A DNA stretch of 64,000 nt from the IMG/VR virus record IMGVR_UViG_3300020186_000013, positions 124,001 through 188,000 of that record. One strand, 5' to 3'. Within the stretch, counting starts at the first letter, position 1. The number at the start of each line of letters is the position of its first letter. Shown here one piece after another: positions 10,565 through 18,656 of this stretch. The notes beneath the pieces are model-generated. The model worked only from the letters and a program-made list of their open reading frames with translations. It made no database searches and was not told the origin of the DNA. Both the position numbers and the translations under genes were made by a program.

Positions 10565-13500
10565 TTACCGAAGCAAGCTCAGCCAGTCGGAGCCGCCCTT
10601 CTTCATAACCGCTGGAGTTCGGAACTTTGCAAGTTCCGGATAGCGGTCGAAGATGGCGTCCTTCTTCGGGTCGCCCGTCGAGCGAAAGTTGACCAAGTTA
10701 TTGCAGTCCGCCTGCTGGAGCTGGAACTTCGACGCAAGCTCGGAGAGCTCGTCCTGGAACTTGTCAAAGATCTTGGCCTCGTCCACGGACAGTTGAGGCT
10801 TGACGGGGGTGGCGGGTGCTGCGGGAGCGGCCTTCTGGATCGGCGGGATCGACGGGGAGACGGACTCGTCGCCCTGGTAGCCCGGACCGGTCAACGGGGT
10901 CGTACGCCGGTTCGGGTAGGTGAGGTCGATCGGCCGACGGGTGGACGCGGGCGGCATGCCGAGGTTCTGGTTGTATTGGTCCGCCACCTTGCGGTCCTGC
11001 TCGCGTTTCACCGCAGCGACCATCAGCGTCTTCGCGTAGTCGCCGTACATTGGCCCTTTAACCGGGTCGCGGCGGATGTTCGTAAGTTGGGTCGACGACA
11101 GTTTCGCCGGGTCTCCGTATTCCTTCAGAAATAGGGCCTGTTGGTCCGCCATCCGATTCGCCGAGGCAGCCTCCTCCTCCTTCACCTTGTGTTTTCGCTC
11201 GGTGGCCTCTTGCGAAAACTGGGCTTGGAACTTCTGGTCCAGTGTCTTGTGCCACTCGGGGTCGGTGACGTTCTGGGACCGGATCTCGGCGATGCGTTCT
11301 AGGGCTTTCTGCTTCAGCTCCGGCGGCGTGTCCGGATTATTAGCCCGCCGGTGCAGCAACGCATACTCGCTAGCGGCGTTGTTCTGCTCGTCTTGGGCGA
11401 TGTCGCGACGCTCTTGGATTATCGAGCCACCAGTGTGCCCGAGCAGCCGAGCCTGGTGGGCGGGGTTCAAGAAAAAGTTGGCGGCGTCACTGACAGGTGA
11501 CTCCGACTTGCCGGCGAACAGGTTAAACGCATCTTGCAGGGACTGCTCGTTGCGATTTCTCGTGCCCTCGTAATTGCCGCCGATTGCGTTCCCGATATCC
11601 TCGCCCACATCGTTACCCACCATCAGCGGTCGCACGAACTTGCCGAGGAACCCGGCCACGCCCATACGTCCCGGTGCTGCCGGGACACCGGGAGCCGGAT
11701 TGACCGCCTTAGTCCCGGCCAGGGCGTTGCCGATGCGAGAAAAGAGACTACCCTCGCTGCTGACGGTACGTAGGACACGACCGGTTGCCGCCGCAGTTAG
11801 CCCGCCTGCCGCCAGAGCCGCGGGAGCCGCCTTGGCCACGTCAGCCAAACCGATATTCGGCATCTGCGGCCCGCTGTCGGCTTGATTCTGCCCCGGCATG
11901 ACGCCGCCACCGGGGTGGTAGTATTCTTCCTGCCCGTCGCCGTCCTCGTCGCCGTCACCCGGAACACCGCCCATGCCTACCCCACGCCGGCCTGGGTACT
12001 TCGACTGCATGTTGTGGCCGTGGATCTGCCCGGTCAAGACACCCCAGGCGTTCTGATCGAGGCCGTGACCGATCGCCCCGATGCCGCCCTCTTCGATATG
12101 CTGCTGAGCCTGGGTAGGGTCCATGTGGTGTAGGTAGTTCTGGCCGCGTCGGAACCCGCCGTTGTACACGACCGGGTTCTGCTGCTGAGCCTTCTGCTGA
12201 ATGTTGGCGGTCGTCGCCGTGCCGACGCCACCGACGTAATCGTACGACGGCTTCGGGGCCGCAGGGGAGGCCCCAGTTGAGGCCCCAGTAGGAGCCCCAG
12301 TCGCCGCTGGTGGCGAGACCTGCGGTGCAGGCGGCGGTGCAGGCGGCGGTGCAGGCGTCGTCTTCGGGGCGGTCGACGCGATCGGTTTGGGGGCAGTGGC
12401 CGGGTCGTCGGCCTTCTTCAACCGAGACTTCTTGTCCTCCGACCACTTCATTAGGCTGGCCCAGTTCTTCTTGGGGGCCGGTGCCGGTGCGGGTGCCGCC
12501 GGGGGTTTCGCGGCCACGGGCACGCTCGGTCCCGACAGGTCGGGTTTGCTGGTCGGCTCGGGCTGCCGGACCATACCGACCCGGCCGAAGTCCACGGCCC
12601 GTGACAGACCCGGAACAAAGGACGTGCCCAGCTCGTTCGACGTGCCGCCGCGTTGGGCCGCTTCGAGCAGGCTGGCCTTCTGCCCCGACCCGTACATCTT
12701 GGTCATCCAGTCGGGGTCGTGGGCGACGTTCGCCATGCCCCGGATCATCTCGGCCTGGAACGGCGGCGGCTCGGCGTGGACGGTGACGTTGTCGACACCG
12801 AAGTGCTCGAACTCCTTCAGCATCGACGGCCGGACCTTGGTGCCGATCGTGTGGTGTAAGATCGGCCGTTCTAGGTACTTGCCCAGGGCCTTCTTCGGGT
12901 GAACGGACTCGTGCCCGTCGCGGGGCTCGTAAGTGTGCTCCAGCGTCGAGTACGGGACGACGTCGTCCTGTACATGGTCGCCGTGCTCCTCGGTAAGCCG
13001 GACGTGGTTGATGAGGCCGCGTGACAAGACCTCCAGGTTCCGCCGGTTGACCTTGAGCCCGGCCCCCCGCATGGCGTCACGCATGGCCCCCATGAAGTAC
13101 CGCCGGCCCTCACCGATGCCCTTGTGCTCGATCACGGTCGACGGATTCGGCCACCCGTCGGAGAGTATGTCACCAGCTTCGACCTGGTCTCCTGGTTTCA
13201 CCCTCGGGTCGTACCCACGACCGACATAGTGCTGTTGCCCGTCGATGGTGATGAACTTGCCGCCCGCCGGGGCGTCCTCAATCCGCTGGACGATGCCGTC
13301 GACGGTGGAGTGGGCTGCACCGCCCTTGAACGTCTTGGGGGCCTGGATGAGCTGGTTGACGGCCTCGAAGCCGCTCACGGACTTCTCCTGACCGGCGACG
13401 CCGCCGGAGTGCTTGGCACTCAGCTGGCCTTGCTGGAGTGGCTCGGACAGGGCCTGGGCGGCTTGGAGGCCGATCTGCTCGCCCCGCCCAGGGAGACCGC

Positions 13501-14422
13501 CCCGCTCGCGAACGCCGACGTCACGGGAGTAGACACCGCCATCGGGTGAGCCGCCGACCAACGCACTGCGGACGAGGATCTTGTCGTGGCCGAGGGCCTT
13601 CATGTGTTTGAGGATCTTTGGCGTCAGCATCATGTGCCGCTTGTACGGCCCGACGTCCTGGGCCAGGAGGGCACCCTCACTGTCCATGTCGTCGACATCG
13701 ACTGGGAGGCCCCGGTTGGCAGGGTACTCCTGGTCGTGGTCGAGGGCACTGACCATGAGCCGGTGGCTGATCTGGTTCAACTGCTTGGACAGGAAGCCAG
13801 CGTCCTGGGTGGCGAACTTGGTCGCCATGACGCCCTTGCGGGCACCGTACGTGCCAGCCCAGTATTCGGCCGGAGTGAGCCCCTGGCTGTACGAGCGTAT
13901 CACAGGCAGGGGGATGACGTTGTCGTGGTGGTCGGTGTACAGCATGTCGCTGCCACGGAGCGACGACAGGTTCATCTCGTTGCCGCGACTGCCCGACTGG
14001 ACCTGACGGGCCAGGGGGTTGCCCTCGGCGAGGGACTCGGCGTACACGTCCTTCATCTGCTGATCTTGTGCAGCCCCAGCCTTCCGGATGATGAGTTCGT
14101 GCCGCTGCGTGTCGGTGAGCTTGTCGTCGTTGAGGATCTTGTCGATGTCGCCCTGGAGGCTGACGCCGATCTTGTGGGCCGACTTGGCCTTGAGGAGGTG
14201 TTCAAGGGAAAAGCTGTTGCCGCCCGAGCGGGTGGCGACGTGCCGGCCGACGTCGGCCAGCTTCTTCGAGACTTCCAGATACTTCTCGGGGCTCTTCTCA
14301 GCGATCTCCCGGAGAAGGGCGTTCATGCCCTTCTTGTCCATCACCCGGTCGTAATTGCGGTACTCCTCCGGCAACGCTTCGTTGATGAGGAGCTGACCCA
14401 TCGTTGTGCGGAGGGGAGGCAT
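10565..14422 (-). CDS. Phage RNA polymerase beta' C-terminal subunit (bridge helix, trigger loop) fused to a ~660-aa low-complexity extension
   Basis: TTMGQLL (cf. TTVGR), SGSRGN, SYSQGLTPAEYW...GARKGVMATKFATQDAGFLSKQL (bridge helix) and GEQIGLQAAQALSEPLQQGQLSAKHSGG (trigger loop). RNAP similarity ends near residue 620. Confidence 0.9.
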   Translation of the reverse strand: MPPLRTTMGQLLINEALPEEYRNYDRVMDKKGMNALLREIAEKSPEKYLEVSKKLADVGRHVATRSGGNSFSLEHLLKAKSAHKIGVSLQGDIDKILNDDKLTDTQRHELIIRKAGAAQDQQMKDVYAESLAEGNPLARQVQSGSRGNEMNLSSLRGSDMLYTDHHDNVIPLPVIRSYSQGLTPAEYWAGTYGARKGVMATKFATQDAGFLSKQLNQISHRLMVSALDHDQEYPANRGLPVDVDDMDSEGALLAQDVGPYKRHMMLTPKILKHMKALGHDKILVRSALVGGSPDGGVYSRDVGVRERGGLPGRGEQIGLQAAQALSEPLQQGQLSAKHSGGVAGQEKSVSGFEAVNQLIQAPKTFKGGAAHSTVDGIVQRIEDAPAGGKFITIDGQQHYVGRGYDPRVKPGDQVEAGDILSDGWPNPSTVIEHKGIGEGRRYFMGAMRDAMRGAGLKVNRRNLEVLSRGLINHVRLTEEHGDHVQDDVVPYSTLEHTYEPRDGHESVHPKKALGKYLERPILHHTIGTKVRPSMLKEFEHFGVDNVTVHAEPPPFQAEMIRGMANVAHDPDWMTKMYGSGQKASLLEAAQRGGTSNELGTSFVPGLSRAVDFGRVGMVRQPEPTSKPDLSGPSVPVAAKPPAAPAPAPAPKKNWASLMKWSEDKKSRLKKADDPATAPKPIASTAPKTTPAPPPAPPPAPQVSPPAATGAPTGASTGASPAAPKPSYDYVGGVGTATTANIQQKAQQQNPVVYNGGFRRGQNYLHHMDPTQAQQHIEEGGIGAIGHGLDQNAWGVLTGQIHGHNMQSKYPGRRGVGMGGVPGDGDEDGDGQEEYYHPGGGVMPGQNQADSGPQMPNIGLADVAKAAPAALAAGGLTAAATGRVLRTVSSEGSLFSRIGNALAGTKAVNPAPGVPAAPGRMGVAGFLGKFVRPLMVGNDVGEDIGNAIGGNYEGTRNRNEQSLQDAFNLFAGKSESPVSDAANFFLNPAHQARLLGHTGGSIIQERRDIAQDEQNNAASEYALLHRRANNPDTPPELKQKALERIAEIRSQNVTDPEWHKTLDQKFQAQFSQEATERKHKVKEEEAASANRMADQQALFLKEYGDPAKLSSTQLTNIRRDPVKGPMYGDYAKTLMVAAVKREQDRKVADQYNQNLGMPPASTRRPIDLTYPNRRTTPLTGPGYQGDESVSPSIPPIQKAAPAAPATPVKPQLSVDEAKIFDKFQDELSELASKFQLQQADCNNLVNFRSTGDPKKDAIFDRYPELAKFRTPAVMKKGGSDWLSLLR

Positions 14423-14437
14423 CCGTGCCCCTAAGAT

Positions 14438-14455
14438 CTAGAAACCGGAATCTAG
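14438..14455. promoter_or_regulatory. 18-bp pseudo-palindrome CTAGAAACCGGAATCTAG (recurrent motif)
   Basis: Intergenic, 16 bp upstream of the beta'-C start; near-copies at 24329, 34896 and 57877, and inside genes. Confidence 0.55.
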
Positions 14456-14477
14456 CGGCCCGCAACGTGCGGGCCGC
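14455..14477 (-). terminator. GC hairpin (10-bp stem, 3-nt loop); possible terminator or processing site
   Basis: GCGGCCCGCA-ACG-TGCGGGCCGC just after the 14487 stop; weak U-tract. Confidence 0.4.
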
Positions 14478-14486
14478 ACGAGGTGC

Positions 14487-15389
14487 TTAGCGGCGGTTCT
14501 TCTTGGCCTTCTTGCCGGTCACGGGGAGTGCGGGCAAGGGCGGCTCAATCTTCTTGTCCTCGGGGGGCAGGTCGAACAGGTCGTCAACCTCGGCTGCCTC
14601 AGCCGGCTGCACGGCCGACAGGAAGTTCGACGGCGGGGCCATGACGACCGGTTCCTCGGGTTGGAGGAAGTCGTCCGTGCCGTCATCGACCTCGACAGGG
14701 GGCGGGGCCTCGGGGATCGCCTCTTCTTCGACCTCGTCGGTCTTGAGGAAGTCCATCGGGTCGCCCAGGACCGGCTTTTCGCTGCCCTCGCCGTTGGCGA
14801 CCGGGGCACCGTAGATCTCGTCAGGCGTCCGCGTCTCCTTGAGCACGTGAGCCGGACCTCGACCGAGAATGGCGATGTCCCGGTACTGGTCCTCGGTGAT
14901 CGTCTCGCGGGTCACGAGCATCTCCAGCCGCGTCCGCAGCCGCATGACCAAGGCGTTGTCGCCGAACACGTGGATCGTCACCGGCCCGGTCGGGACCATG
15001 TTGACGGCCGAGTGAACGACCGCGTCGACCTCGCGGGCGTCGGTGAGCATCAGCTGACCAGGCACCCGACTGGGGACCGTGGCCATGCCGTTGACGGGAA
15101 TGTCGCCGATTTTGACGCGGTGCCCGCCGGGACGACCAGTCTTCAGTGCGGCGACCTGCTGAGGCGTCGGCTTGCGGTCCTTCGACCGGTAGTACCGGTC
15201 GGTGTCCTTGTCGTTAAGGTCGGCGAGCGAGGCCAAGTTGGTGGGCGGGCCAGGCATGATCGCCTCGCCCGGCTTCATGGTTGTGCTGTCAACGGGCTGG
15301 CCGGCGAACACCGACGGAGTGCCCGATCGGTAGTACCGGTCAGCGTTGTTGGTGTCGAACCGGTTGCGAAGGTCGTCCTGCTGACTCAT
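14487..15389 (-). CDS. Hypothetical protein with an acidic C-terminus
   Basis: AGGAG RBS before MSQQDD; internal repeat DRYYRS x2. Confidence 0.75.
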   Translation of the reverse strand: MSQQDDLRNRFDTNNADRYYRSGTPSVFAGQPVDSTTMKPGEAIMPGPPTNLASLADLNDKDTDRYYRSKDRKPTPQQVAALKTGRPGGHRVKIGDIPVNGMATVPSRVPGQLMLTDAREVDAVVHSAVNMVPTGPVTIHVFGDNALVMRLRTRLEMLVTRETITEDQYRDIAILGRGPAHVLKETRTPDEIYGAPVANGEGSEKPVLGDPMDFLKTDEVEEEAIPEAPPPVEVDDGTDDFLQPEEPVVMAPPSNFLSAVQPAEAAEVDDLFDLPPEDKKIEPPLPALPVTGKKAKKNRR

Positions 15390-15390
15390 G

Positions 15391-15672
15391 TCATTCTCCT
15401 GGCTTCGGCCCCGCAATCAGTCGGGCACCGGGCGGTGGTTTGGGAAGTTCCAACCGGTCGCAGACGACCGTCTCGCCGATGCCGAGGTTCCTCAGCATGC
15501 GGTTGAAGTCGTCCTGGCCGACGATGGAGATGGCCTGGCTCCGGCCACCTCCGTACTCCGCAGCGACGCCGATCGGGGTGCCGGTGTCCTGGCGGATCAG
15601 GATCTGATTGACCTGCAAGACCAGTGGCCTGCTGTTGCCGATCCCGTCCTTGAGAATCAACTCTACGATCAC
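15391..15672 (-). CDS. Hypothetical protein
   Basis: 93 aa; fills the gap between neighbours; GTG start. Confidence 0.65.
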   Translation of the reverse strand: MIVELILKDGIGNSRPLVLQVNQILIRQDTGTPIGVAAEYGGGRSQAISIVGQDDFNRMLRNLGIGETVVCDRLELPKPPPGARLIAGPKPGE

Positions 15673-15683
15673 GGGTCACCCCA

Positions 15684-16436
15684 CTACGCCGCCGGACGCC
15701 GACGAAGGCTGGCGATCATGGCGGCTTTGTTCATGGTCTCTTCCAGGCCCTTGTGGGAGTACGCCACGCCCGCGTCGGCAGCCGCCTTGCCGCCGCCTCC
15801 GGGTGGTGCACCGCCCATGTCGGGCTGCCCGCCCATCGGGGGCATGCCGCCGGGGGCACCCATGGCCGAGTCCTGCTGCCCGCCGGACTGCTGCTTCGCG
15901 GCCATCTGGGTCAGATCGGTCGGCGTGGCGATCATCTCGCTGGCCGGGATCTTGACACCGAGGGCGTCCGCAATGCGGGCGATCATCTTCGACATCTGCA
16001 TGATGGCGACGTTGACGTCGATCTTGGGCTTGATCTGCCCGGCCATGTTCGAGCCAGACTGAGCCGACCCGCCCTGGACGGCCTGGAGGATCTGGTCCAT
16101 CTTGGCCGTCATCGCCGGGTCGCCGCCACCCCCGCCGCCCGGAGGCGGCATCGGAGGCATGCCCATCATGGACGGGTCCATCGGAGGAGCACCGCCGCCG
16201 GACGGGTCACCGCCGGGAGGCGGGCCACCCATCATAGACGGGTCCATCGGAGGGGCACCGCCGCCCATGGACGGATCGCCGCCAGGAGGAGGGGCACCAC
16301 CGCCGCCGGTCATGGAGGGGTCACCACCGGGCACGAACGCGAGTTTGGTGAAGTTCGCCGACATCTTGCGGCGGGCTTCCTTCACCAACTCGGGGTTACA
16401 CAGGTGGTCGCCGTAAGGCGTCATCAATTGGCTCAT
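15684..16436 (-). CDS. Pro/Gly/Met-rich, probably disordered protein
   Basis: 250 aa; repeated GGDPSM and GAPPMDPSMMG units; TKLAF motif. Confidence 0.75.
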   Translation of the reverse strand: MSQLMTPYGDHLCNPELVKEARRKMSANFTKLAFVPGGDPSMTGGGGAPPPGGDPSMGGGAPPMDPSMMGGPPPGGDPSGGGAPPMDPSMMGMPPMPPPGGGGGGDPAMTAKMDQILQAVQGGSAQSGSNMAGQIKPKIDVNVAIMQMSKMIARIADALGVKIPASEMIATPTDLTQMAAKQQSGGQQDSAMGAPGGMPPMGGQPDMGGAPPGGGGKAAADAGVAYSHKGLEETMNKAAMIASLRRRPAA

Positions 16437-16506
16437 GGAAATCCCTTTCCCGCAGAGGATACCGTATCGAGTTCAAGTTTACTGCAACGCCACGCCACAG
16501 AGAAGA

Positions 16507-18255
16507 CTACTCCATGATGTGCACGGGAGTGTCCTCGGTGATCTCGCCCTGGTGGAGGGCCGCGAGGGCGTCCTGCTTGTTCCGGAAGACGCGGGGCCGA
16601 CCCTTCTCCTTCTTGGCCGTGCTGGCGTGGTGCAAACCGCCCAGGTACTCCTGGCCGGGCACGTGCACGGGGCTCTTGAAGTCGGCCGGGGATAGAAGGT
16701 TTTTCGACGGCAGCATCCGCTCCAGGGCCTCCTTCTTGGCCTCCTCGGAGGTCGGCACGTGGAACTGCATGGCGTCACCGTCGAAGTCAGCGTTGAACCC
16801 CTTGACGATCAGCGGGGACACCTGCATCGTGTCGCCCTTCACCAGCTTGGGGCGAAACGCCATGATACCGAATCGGTGGAGAACGGGTGCCCGATTGATG
16901 AACACCGGACGGTCTTCCATCTCCTCCTGGAGGATCGACCGGGCCTTGTCGGTCTTATCCTTGACGTGCTGGAGGGCCTGGCTGATCGGCATCCCCTGGC
17001 GGTGCATCCGCCGGACGAGGAACTTGGAGTACACCTCGAACGCCTTCGACTCGGGGATGCCTACCGTGTCCATGTCGTAGTCCGGGTTCGGGCTGATCAC
17101 CGCCCGGCCGACGTTGTCGACAGTCGAGGACAGGAGCTTCCTTTGCACCGTGCCGAACTTGGGGGACGTGCCGAAGATGCTCTTCAAGATGCCCTTGACG
17201 TTCTTGTCTTGGCTCTTCTGGGTGATCGGATCGCCCAGGCCGGTGACCGCCTTGAAGGCGTGGTACACGGCCAACCGTTCGGCCCCCGCGTTGTCGTGGC
17301 CGACCATGCCCTTCATCTCGCCGAGGTTCTTGTTGGCCTCGATCAGCTCCTTGTAGAGGTAGTTCGGGTCCGATACCAGCGGGATGCCCGACTGCCCCAT
17401 CATCGACACCGGGCGGAACGCAGGAGGCAGGACGGGGGCGTGATCGAGCATCCAGTCCTTGGGGTGCAGGCCGAGGCTCTGGGCACTCTTCAGGTAGCCG
17501 AGCTTGCGAACCGCCTCGTCCCGCTTACTACGACTCGACGACTGAACCTGGGTCCTAGCGGTCGCCAGCTCCTTGGTCAGGTTGATGTCCTCCAACGCGG
17601 CCTTGAGGGCCTTCGGGCCGGTGCCGTGCCCGCCAATCGTCTCAGTGCCCGCCAACACGCCCTCGAACTGCTTGGCCGTCAACCCGAGGATTCGCCGCAT
17701 CGGCTCCTCCATGACAGGGTTGGGCATGGGCTCGTCGAACTTAATCTTCGACCACTGCTTGCCGCCGTGCCCGCCGGTCATCGCCGGGTCGAACAGACCC
17801 CCGGCCACTGGCTTCAAGTCCCGGTCGAAGTTGACCGTCTCGCCGTGCGTAAGGACGCGGTTGCCGCCCAAGGCGTCCACGTCCTTGTTGGTCATGGCCA
17901 TGATGTGAGTGCGAGGGCCATCCCGGACGACATTGATCCCGGACGCCTTGAGCTGGTGGTGGAACTTGTCGTACACCATCGGGGTCTTCACAGCACTGGG
18001 CATATGTCCCTGCATGAACTGCAACCAGTATTGCTCGTTCCGCTGACCCCGGATACTGCCCACGTCCCGGAGATTCTCGACGGCCCCGTGGGACAGGAGG
18101 GCATTCACGTCGAGCATCGAGATCCGCTTGGAGTTCGACACCAGGACGTTGTTGGCGAAGTACAGGTGGATGCCGTCGACAGTGACGTCGTACACGTCGA
18201 CCAGCCCGTTCGCCTTCGTGACGCCCCGGTAAGGGCCGATGTACGCCACCTTCAT
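16507..18255 (-). CDS. C-intein (41 aa) + RNAP beta C-terminal tail + beta' N-terminal catalytic half
   Basis: VYDVTVDGIHLYFANNVLVSN|S (intein blocks F/G), SKRISMLDVNALLSHGA (beta GQRFGEMEVWALEAYGA equivalent), GGLFDP, PVLPPAFRP, GRAVISP, NRAPVLHRFGIMAF, catalytic FNADFDGDAM. Confidence 0.95.
   Translation of the reverse strand: MKVAYIGPYRGVTKANGLVDVYDVTVDGIHLYFANNVLVSNSKRISMLDVNALLSHGAVENLRDVGSIRGQRNEQYWLQFMQGHMPSAVKTPMVYDKFHHQLKASGINVVRDGPRTHIMAMTNKDVDALGGNRVLTHGETVNFDRDLKPVAGGLFDPAMTGGHGGKQWSKIKFDEPMPNPVMEEPMRRILGLTAKQFEGVLAGTETIGGHGTGPKALKAALEDINLTKELATARTQVQSSSRSKRDEAVRKLGYLKSAQSLGLHPKDWMLDHAPVLPPAFRPVSMMGQSGIPLVSDPNYLYKELIEANKNLGEMKGMVGHDNAGAERLAVYHAFKAVTGLGDPITQKSQDKNVKGILKSIFGTSPKFGTVQRKLLSSTVDNVGRAVISPNPDYDMDTVGIPESKAFEVYSKFLVRRMHRQGMPISQALQHVKDKTDKARSILQEEMEDRPVFINRAPVLHRFGIMAFRPKLVKGDTMQVSPLIVKGFNADFDGDAMQFHVPTSEEAKKEALERMLPSKNLLSPADFKSPVHVPGQEYLGGLHHASTAKKEKGRPRVFRNKQDALAALHQGEITEDTPVHIME
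18133..18255 (-). mobile_element. Split intein, C-terminal fragment (IntC, 41 aa; ends Ser-Asn, Ser+1)
   Basis: Block F VYDVTV..H.YFAN and block G VLVSN; own ATG with a GAGGA RBS. Confidence 0.9.
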
Positions 18256-18656
18256 CGCTGCTTCCTCGTCCAGAAGTCGTGTAGGCCGGACAGGGCTTGG
18301 CCGGTCATGCCACGCAGCTTCATCATCAAACTCCGCTGCATGGCCCGACGGGGGTCGATGCTCTGGGGCGTGGCGGCTTCGACCGGGGCCGGCTTGGCTG
18401 CCGGCTTGGCCATCGGCTTACCCGGCCTCGCCCGCCGCCGGGGCGTGGGCTTCTCGGAAACCTCGCCGAACCTTTGGAACTTGACCGGGGCGAACGGTAA
18501 GTCGACCGGCGGACGGTTGCCCGCCGTCATGAGCGTCTGCTGGCCTGCCCCGAGGGGTGAGCCCGACTGCCCCTCGCCGGGGTCGGCCGGGTCGACGGCA
18601 GCCGTCTTCATGCGGAGAGCTGCCGCCTTGGCCGCGAGAATGTTGAGCCCGTCCAT
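18252..18656 (-). CDS. 134-aa low-complexity protein inserted between the two intein halves
   Basis: ATG at 18656 overlaps the beta stop (TGATG); its own TGA overlaps the IntC ATG (ATGA); AKAAA and MKTAA motifs; no endonuclease motif. Confidence 0.7.
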   Translation of the reverse strand: MDGLNILAAKAAALRMKTAAVDPADPGEGQSGSPLGAGQQTLMTAGNRPPVDLPFAPVKFQRFGEVSEKPTPRRRARPGKPMAKPAAKPAPVEAATPQSIDPRRAMQRSLMMKLRGMTGQALSGLHDFWTRKQR

